Made by a program: the position numbers and the translations under genes
NCBI GenBank assembly: GCA_029555385.1
Contig: JAKPSH010000207.1
Location: forward strand, 7,092-71,091
DNA: 64,000 bases
Direction: 5' to 3'
Origin: Pseudomonadota bacterium
Lineage (GTDB): Bacteria > Bdellovibrionota_C > UBA2361 > SZUA-149
Part shown: one piece after another, positions 58,316 through 64,000 of the stretch
How positions within the stretch are numbered: the first letter of the stretch is position 1
Layout: every line of letters starts with the position of its first letter
Notes under the pieces: generated by a model
What the model was told of the DNA's origin: nothing
Databases searched by the model: none
Seen by the model: only the letters and a program-made list of their open reading frames with translations

Positions 58316-58491
58316 GGAGTCGAACCGGAGCAAGTACGCTGCGGACTCTGTCGGTTGTCTTTTAGATTTCTGAATAACTGGATGGTCCGCGCTGCTTTAG
58401 GTGCGGGGAGAAAGTACTTGGAATGCTTCCCCGCAGGCTGTTATCTTACATTAAAGAATCAAGGTTAGCGGAGCTGCAGAGTATGTCGTGG

Positions 58492-58686
58492 CTTCGCCCA
58501 GAGCGATGCTGCCGGGTGCTGAAGGCATGCCCTTTTTGCGCCAGGGAGGCAGTGGGGCGGGCCGGCTGGTGGAAATGCGCTTGCCTGGCCACAGACTGTT
58601 CAGCCCGGCAGTGTCCGCTGCAAGCGCAGTTCTGCAAGCCGGCGGCGGCGCGCCTTCAGCACCCGGCAGCATCGCTCTGGGCGAAG
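58492..58686. repeat. MITE-like element copy 2 (~195 bp, inverted relative to copy 1)
   Basis: cttcgcccagagcgatgctgccgggtgctgaaggc (58492-58526) is an exact reverse complement of gccttcagcacccggcagcatcgctctgggcgaag (58652-58686). Confidence 0.55.
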
Positions 58687-58733
58687 CCTCTGGACTGCCG
58701 CCAAGACAACATTATTACTCGCTTATTTCAAGT

Positions 58734-59348
58734 CTAGTATGCGGAAATAATCCGCAAAAATTGCTGATCGCCCAGCGCTTGGCTCAGCGCTTCAGCCATG
58801 CTGCCGCTCAACGCACTGCGCACATCCTTTTCTTCCAATCCCGGCTTCTCGATCGATGAAAACCCTCGATAGATGCCGGAATATACCCGTTTGTTGGTAG
58901 GATCAATTACTTCCAAATAGACCGCAGCGTCGGCAGTAGCTTTAGCGGTAAAACCTCCTTCGATCCGAGCGTGCCAGATGCGAATTTCTCCTGATAAAAT
59001 CACCGGAGCTGTTTCGGTGTATTTGAAGCCCTTGCGCTCCAGTCCTTGACGAAGCGCCTGCAGTACCGCATCGGTCACGCTTCCCTCGGGGTTAATATCC
59101 CGGCCTTTATATCCGGCAATCGCTTCTTTAGTGCGCGCATCAGCGACTTGATCGATAAAGATCGTCATTCCATACTCAGGACGCCTCACGATCGCGCCTT
59201 GTTTAATCTTCACTTCAACGCGCGGTACTTGAATCGTTGAACGAAAAGTTGGCGAACACGAAACGCAAAGAAGCACTAACCAGCACAATAAGCTTAAGCG
59301 CAAAGCAGCACTATCATTTCCCCGCCGTCTAATTCTCATGATCGCCAC
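58734..59348 (-). CDS. hypothetical lipoprotein
   Basis: Signal peptide …ALRLSLLCWLVLLCVSCS… with a lipobox-like motif. 204 aa. Confidence 0.45.
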   Translation of the reverse strand: MAIMRIRRRGNDSAALRLSLLCWLVLLCVSCSPTFRSTIQVPRVEVKIKQGAIVRRPEYGMTIFIDQVADARTKEAIAGYKGRDINPEGSVTDAVLQALRQGLERKGFKYTETAPVILSGEIRIWHARIEGGFTAKATADAAVYLEVIDPTNKRVYSGIYRGFSSIEKPGLEEKDVRSALSGSMAEALSQALGDQQFLRIISAY

Positions 59349-59522
59349 CCTTATTGTCCTGGTTCAGGCATTTCACTCAAATACAAAGTCTTTTATACCT
59401 TCTCTACCACGGCTCAGACAAGTGAGCAGCGCGCTTTGAATTAATGCATGACCGTTTTTTTTTCGCATGATATATGCAGCCATGACCGCAGTAGGGCAAA
59501 CCTAGGATGAAGGGATTCTTTA

Positions 59523-60266
59523 ATGGGCCGCAATTCGATGATGTTTTGCTTAGCTGCCGCATTGATGATCGGCATTTCAGCCAGTGCGTGTCAGCTTGCC
59601 CGGATGAGCGTTCCTCCGGCGTTGACCTCAGATACAGTGAGCTGGCCTGTCCGCGGACGAGGCGGCTTCGATTTCTATGAGTCTTTTTCCTTTGGACCCT
59701 ATACCGTGGATCAAGTACACCGCGGGTGGACCACCAAGTTTGCGTGGGGAGCTTTTCATTACAGCAGCACCTCCGCCGAGCAGGATTATGAATTTGCATT
59801 GCTGAAAAACGGCTCCCTGCGTTATACCGCTCAGTGCCTCAGCGCGGCAAAGTGGAACCAACTTGAGTTTCGCAGGTTTCTCGGATTGCCAGGCACGCTG
59901 AGCTGGGATCTCGACTCAAACGAATCTCTTGCCTGCCTCTTGCAGCCGGCAGACGGTCAGCGCCAACTGAAACTTGGCGTACAGCAGAAGACGCAGGAGC
60001 TCGTTTTTCGCGGCTTCATCACTTCCGGCGACGGACAACCAATTAGCGTTGAAGGCAGCAACGCGCTTGCGGGTTCTTCGTTCGGCCTCAATGCAGCCAG
60101 CGGCTACGTTTTTTATTGCGGTCAGAAGGAAATTGCAGCCGTGGAGATTATCAATGACGGCAGGTTTTGGATAAAAGACGGACAACCCGAAGAAATTGAA
60201 GAAGCCGCAGCGGCTGGATCTGCAGCTCTTCTGCTATACCGGAAAATCAAAGATTCGGGCGAATAA
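59523..60266 (+). CDS. hypothetical lipoprotein
   Basis: Signal peptide MGRNSMMFCLAAALMIGISASAC (lipobox ISASAC). 247 aa. Confidence 0.5.
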   Translation: MGRNSMMFCLAAALMIGISASACQLARMSVPPALTSDTVSWPVRGRGGFDFYESFSFGPYTVDQVHRGWTTKFAWGAFHYSSTSAEQDYEFALLKNGSLRYTAQCLSAAKWNQLEFRRFLGLPGTLSWDLDSNESLACLLQPADGQRQLKLGVQQKTQELVFRGFITSGDGQPISVEGSNALAGSSFGLNAASGYVFYCGQKEIAAVEIINDGRFWIKDGQPEEIEEAAAAGSAALLLYRKIKDSGE

Positions 60267-60269
60267 GCA

Positions 60270-60674
60270 CTATTTTGCTTTGAGCAGGTCGCGAATCTCT
60301 CCCAGCAGCAAAACTTCATCGCTCGGCGCCGGCGGCGCCGCCGGCTGCGACTTCTCTTCGGCCCGTTTGAGCGTATTGATTGCCTTAATCAGCATAAAGA
60401 TGGCAAACGCCACAATCGTGAAATCTACTACAGTCTGAATAAACATGCCGTAATTCAGCGTTACCGCGGCTGCACCTTCTTGTGCTTGCTTAAGGGTAAT
60501 GCTCAAATCGCGAAAATCAACTCCCCCAAGCAAGAGACCAATTGGCGGCATCACCACATCGGCGACTAACGATGAGACGATTTTGCCGAAGGCGCCACCG
60601 ATAATAATGCCGACGGCCATATCAACGACATTGCCCTTAACCGCAAATTCCTTGAATTCCTTGAGCCAGTTCAT
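60270..60674 (-). CDS. mscL: large-conductance mechanosensitive channel
   Basis: [54 protein letters not shown]… is the canonical MscL TM1 and periplasmic loop. 134 aa. Confidence 0.9.
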   Translation of the reverse strand: MNWLKEFKEFAVKGNVVDMAVGIIIGGAFGKIVSSLVADVVMPPIGLLLGGVDFRDLSITLKQAQEGAAAVTLNYGMFIQTVVDFTIVAFAIFMLIKAINTLKRAEEKSQPAAPPAPSDEVLLLGEIRDLLKAK

Positions 60675-60813
60675 GATTATTCTTCCTCCGTAGCTGTAAG
60701 ATTCAGTCTTTCAAAACTACTGCCCAATGCTCAGATAAAATTTATAGAACTACAGTTTTCCGCCACTGACAATTTCCCGTCGGCAGACTGCGGCTATCGT
60801 TCTGCGGAGAAAC

Positions 60814-61602
60814 TTACAAGCTCGCGGTTTTCCCGCCATCTACCGGCATATTAATGCCAGTAATATAACTGGCCGCTGACGATGCAAGAAAACATACGGC
60901 ATACGCGACCTCCTCCGGGCGTGCAAATCGTCCGAGCGGCACACTGGCTGCCATTTCCGCGGCAACCACGTTCTCTTGCTTCCCCATTTCGCGGGCACGC
61001 AGTGCAATCAACGACCTTAAGCGGTCAGTATCCGTGAAACCCGGCAAAACATTGTTTACGGTAATTTGATACCCAGCCAACTCGCGAGAAAGCGTCTTGG
61101 CCCAGGCGGCAACGGCCGCACGAATCGTATTGGAAACACCAAGCCCGGGAATCGGCTCTTTCACTGAAAGGGAAATGATGTTGATTACTCTGCCGTATCC
61201 CTCCCGTTTCATCCCCGGCACCAATGCCTGAACAAGAATTTGGCCGCACACCAAGTGATTAGAAAAAGCCTGGAGGTATTCGCTCTCAACCGCATCAATT
61301 GCTGCGCCGGGCGGCGGCCCGCCAGTATTATTCACAAGAATATGAAAGGGGCCATTCTGCTCCAAAACCGGATAAACTCTTTTTTTCAGCTCATCGGGGC
61401 TGGCGAAATCAACTGCAGCAACTGCGTGCTGCTGCCCCGCATTCACCGGCAAGCTTTCCCGGACCTTATGCAACAAATCCACATCGCGGGCCATAAGAGT
61501 CACGGCGCATCCAAGCTTTGCCAGTTCTTGCGCAGCAGCACGGCCGATACCACGGGACGCGCCGCAAACAAGAGCTCTCTTGCCATTAAGACTAATTTCC
61601 AT
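60814..61602 (-). CDS. SDR-family oxidoreductase (3-oxoacyl-ACP-reductase-like)
   Basis: Cofactor motif …ALVCGASRGIGRAAA…, …NNTG… and the catalytic S…Y…K region (…ISLSVKE…). 262 aa. Confidence 0.85.
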   Translation of the reverse strand: MEISLNGKRALVCGASRGIGRAAAQELAKLGCAVTLMARDVDLLHKVRESLPVNAGQQHAVAAVDFASPDELKKRVYPVLEQNGPFHILVNNTGGPPPGAAIDAVESEYLQAFSNHLVCGQILVQALVPGMKREGYGRVINIISLSVKEPIPGLGVSNTIRAAVAAWAKTLSRELAGYQITVNNVLPGFTDTDRLRSLIALRAREMGKQENVVAAEMAASVPLGRFARPEEVAYAVCFLASSAASYITGINMPVDGGKTASL

Positions 61603-61755
61603 TCTTGCTTCTCACCACCAACTATTGCCAAGTTTGACGCTAATTTAATCCCAACTTCCGCCCCGTCGGCAAGACCACCTTGCCGCAGCACCGCAAACAC
61701 AGGTAATGTGCCAGATGACCAGGGCGTTTTACGCGCCAAGCAGGAGCACTAAGCA

Positions 61756-63117
61756 ATGCCGCCTCGCACGCATCAGCCTGAACCAGCTCTCTCGTTATTC
61801 AGCAGCATCTGCGTCATCGCCGGCATTATCATCGGCGTGGGAATTTACGAAGCCACCCCGGACATTGCCGCAAGCATGTCTTCATCTGCGGCGCTGCTTG
61901 GCGTTTGGTGCATCGCCGGCATTATTTCGCTTTGCGGAGCACTATGTTACGCGGAGCTTTCTTCAACTTACCCGGAAGAAGGGGGGGATTTTGTTTACCT
62001 CTCCCGCGCCTTCGGCCCGGCCTTGGGGTTTTTATTCGGCTGGGCAAATTTCCTTATAATCCGTCCCGGTTCCATCGCCGCAATGACATTTCCCTTCGCG
62101 AACTATTTCGCTGTCCTCTGCGACCCACTGGCCCGCGGAAGTCTGGCAAATATACGGATAACAGTCTACGCGGTGCTCGCAGTGATTGTGCTTTCTCTGC
62201 TCAATATTATTGGGGTGCGTTTTGGCGCCTGGACCCAGAATGCGCTGACAATAGTCAAGGTCACCGGCTTACTTGCCCTCGCTGCGCTTGCCTTTCTTGC
62301 GCCAGGCGCCGCAGACGCCCTGGCTTCATCAACCCCGGCTTCCGGGTTCAACCCCGGTCTCGCGCTCATCCTAGCTTTGTTCTGTCTTGGCGGCTGGCAG
62401 GAGATTTGCTACGCAGCGGCGGAAGTCCGTGAGCCAAAAAGAAACCTGCCGCGGGTACTGGTGCTTGGCACGTTTTGTGTGACAGTGCTTTATTTACTTA
62501 TTTCCGCCGCGTTTATTCACGCGCTGGGATACACCGCTGTCTCTGCATCAAAAGCCGTGGCCGCGGATACGCTGCATGCTCTTTACGGCGCCGGTGCAGC
62601 CAAGTTGGCAAGTTTATTAATTGCCGTCTCGGCCCTTGCGGCAGTTAACGGCATGATTTTCGCAGGCGCACGCATTTTCTACGCAGCCGGTCAGCAGCAC
62701 CGCGCCGCCGGATATCTTGCCGAATGGAGTCCCCGCTTCAATACCCCGGCCCGTTCTCTCGCCGTCCAAGGCCTGCTAAGCACTGCCGTGATTGTTTTTG
62801 CCGGCTCGTTCCGGCAGACTTTGATTTACACTACCACTGTTGTCTGGTTGTTTTTTTTATTGACCGGACTGTCGGTGGCCGCGCTGCGGCGTAAAGACCC
62901 TCAGACTCCCCGGCCTTACCGCGTAAGTCTCTATCCGGTTCCCATAGTGGTGTTTTGTGCAGCGTGCATCTACGTTGCTTGGAGCGCTGCCGCGTATGAC
63001 CCGCGCGGCACCCTTGTTTCACTTGCTTTGCTGGTTCTCGGACTGCCAGTTTATTGGTTATCCGCCAAGAGCCCCTCAGAAAGCGGCGGAGCAGAAGAGT
63101 CACGAAACAGCCCATAG
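61756..63117 (+). CDS. APC-family amino acid permease
   Basis: 12-TM transporter with an APC consensus around …GIISLCGALCYAELSSTYPEEGGDFVYLSRAFGPALGFLFGW…. 453 aa. Confidence 0.85.
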   Translation: MPPRTHQPEPALSLFSSICVIAGIIIGVGIYEATPDIAASMSSSAALLGVWCIAGIISLCGALCYAELSSTYPEEGGDFVYLSRAFGPALGFLFGWANFLIIRPGSIAAMTFPFANYFAVLCDPLARGSLANIRITVYAVLAVIVLSLLNIIGVRFGAWTQNALTIVKVTGLLALAALAFLAPGAADALASSTPASGFNPGLALILALFCLGGWQEICYAAAEVREPKRNLPRVLVLGTFCVTVLYLLISAAFIHALGYTAVSASKAVAADTLHALYGAGAAKLASLLIAVSALAAVNGMIFAGARIFYAAGQQHRAAGYLAEWSPRFNTPARSLAVQGLLSTAVIVFAGSFRQTLIYTTTVVWLFFLLTGLSVAALRRKDPQTPRPYRVSLYPVPIVVFCAACIYVAWSAAAYDPRGTLVSLALLVLGLPVYWLSAKSPSESGGAEESRNSP

Positions 63118-63189
63118 ATCAATTTTCGCCCCGCGGCACAGCTTCCGGACATCGGCACTACGGCAGAGCTGCGCCAAACTTTAAATATT

Positions 63190-63219
63190 TGACACAACCT
63201 GATTACTTTGTGTTAACTT
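63190..63219 (+). promoter_or_regulatory. candidate sigma70-type promoter for the downstream Lrp-like gene
   Basis: TTGACA, then an 18-nt spacer, then TTAACT, about 60 nt upstream of the ATG at 63279. Found by pattern match only. Confidence 0.3.
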
Positions 63220-63278
63220 ACGCCGGTATTGGGCGCTCTCATGGGCCAAAATTAGATAAAAAGGATCTGGGCGAAGCG

Positions 63279-64000
63279 ATGCGGCTAACAGAAAAGGAAG
63301 CGCTTATTCTCTACTCGGCCCAGCTTCGCGCCAATGCTCCCGTCTCGAGCCTGCGAAAGACAACTGGTTATCGCGAACATACTATCCGCTACGCTATCAA
63401 CACTGCACAACGCAGCGGGTTGATTCGCGCCGGCTGTTTTGTCAATCTTTGTCTGCTGGGATTTACTCACTACGAAGTTTATTTCTCACTTTCCTCCGAG
63501 CGCAATTTCTCGCGTGAGCACCTGCTCAAGGCCCTGATCGCTTCGGAAAAAGTATCCTGGGTCGGAGATCTTGGCGGCGAATACCATTATGGCCTCAACC
63601 TTTGCGTCCGTAATGTTCAGGAAGTCAGCGACTTTCTCGAACAGTTGTCATCCTCTCTTGGCTTGTGCTACCTCGAGAAAGCTTTCGCCGCACGTCTGGC
63701 TTTGAGCTTTTTCGGCAACAAATACCTTGCGCCGCGTAAATTGACTCCGGGCAAGTTGTCTTACAGCACAACGTATGAAAGAATCCAGATTGATGAGACC
63801 GATCATCGCATCATGCGCGAGATAGTGCGCGCCGGGGAAAAATCCCGCCGGGACATTGCCCGCAGTATCGCGCTTCCCTTTTCGACCGTAGAAAACAGAA
63901 TAAAGAAGCTCGAGCAACAAAAAGTCATTGTGGGCTACTACTATCAGCTAAACAGCGCGATGATTGGCATTCAGTCTTTCATGCTCCTTTTGAGCGTTAA
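63279..64000 (+). CDS. tandem Lrp/AsnC-family transcriptional regulator, 3'-truncated by the window end (paralogue of 49714..50769)
   Basis: Not in the ORF track because no stop is reached. Manual translation from the ATG at 63279 gives MRLTEKEALILYSAQLRANAPVSSLRKTTGYREHTIRYAINTAQRSGLIR… and a second HTH, …DHRIMREIVRAGEKSRRDIARSIALPFSTVENRIKKLEQQKVIVGYY…. Confidence 0.6.
   Translation, partial: MRLTEKEALILYSAQLRANAPVSSLRKTTGYREHTIRYAINTAQRSGLIRAGCFVNLCLLGFTHYEVYFSLSSERNFSREHLLKALIASEKVSWVGDLGGEYHYGLNLCVRNVQEVSDFLEQLSSSLGLCYLEKAFAARLALSFFGNKYLAPRKLTPGKLSYSTTYERIQIDETDHRIMREIVRAGEKSRRDIARSIALPFSTVENRIKKLEQQKVIVGYYYQLNSAMIGIQSFMLLLSV

Noticed and set aside
58296-58335. tRNA-like T-arm (ccggagtcgaaccgg / CCGGTTCGACTCCGG on the minus strand), which could indicate a tRNA-fragment att site
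   Set aside because: No matching 5' acceptor strand (CTCGGCA) within 80 nt, and only a 4-bp T-stem. The sequence is part of the MITE-like terminal repeat, not a tRNA remnant.
58130-58859. ORFs 58130..58468 (+), 58451..58672 (-) and 58488..58859 (+) encoding LPGAEG-containing peptides
   Set aside because: They lie entirely over the inverted MITE-like repeats. Their similarity to one another is explained by the DNA repeat, not by a protein family.
1-64000. CRISPR arrays, rRNA genes, transposases/integrases, prophage genes
   Set aside because: No direct-repeat/spacer periodicity, no rRNA-like conserved stretches, and no DDE or Tyr-recombinase motifs in any ORF. None detected.

Overview
This is a 64 kb high-GC bacterial chromosomal segment, judged by eye at roughly 58-60% GC. 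I cannot assign the taxon from sequence alone. It mixes conserved housekeeping genes with several accessory islands.

Housekeeping genes: M20 peptidase, nadK-recN, M23 peptidase, tRNA-Ala(CGC), CBS protein, DJ-1/PfpI, ppdK, a B3/4-domain protein, an RlmC-like m5U rRNA methyltransferase, long-form 6-phosphogluconate dehydrogenase, mscL, an SDR reductase and an APC permease.

Accessory or less usual content:
- An ECF sigma / anti-sigma / secreted-protein operon (4.3-6.1 kb).
- An orphan Tad-like minor-pilin cluster: two TadE-like proteins, one giant Cys-rich TadG-like protein and a secreted protein (22.0-25.9 kb). No Flp pilin or assembly ATPase is visible in the window.
- A 52-aa lysine-rich protein with a CCGTC motif that is missing from the ORF track (21.0-21.2 kb).
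- A glgX-like debranching enzyme plus a large secreted TSP3-repeat protein.
- An ~12 kb composite glycoconjugate / peptide-modification locus (39.0-50.8 kb), the most interesting feature of the window. It holds an FAD oxidoreductase, an HprK-related P-loop kinase, a PlsC acyltransferase, a 501-aa unknown protein, a GT28-like glycosyltransferase, two GT2 glycosyltransferases, a GT-C-like polytopic membrane protein and a radical-SAM/SPASM enzyme. Immediately upstream of the rSAM start sits a 61-aa ORF with a strong Shine-Dalgarno (SD) sequence.
- Two paralogous tandem Lrp/AsnC regulators near this region: one immediately downstream of the locus and a second, truncated by the window end, about 12 kb further on.
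- A translationally coupled hypothetical + STAS + receiver-like operon with a hybrid histidine kinase/response regulator immediately downstream.
- A large membrane protein paired with an LmbE-family deacetylase.

Two families of MITE-like inverted-repeat elements are present. One consists of two ~190-bp copies at 58.1-58.7 kb plus a solo end at 14.45 kb. The other is a 116-nt nested hairpin upstream of nadK plus a solo end at 7.94 kb. Several other long perfect hairpins occur in intergenic regions.

No rRNA, CRISPR array, transposase or integrase was seen. Many long antisense ORFs in the track are GC-driven artefacts.
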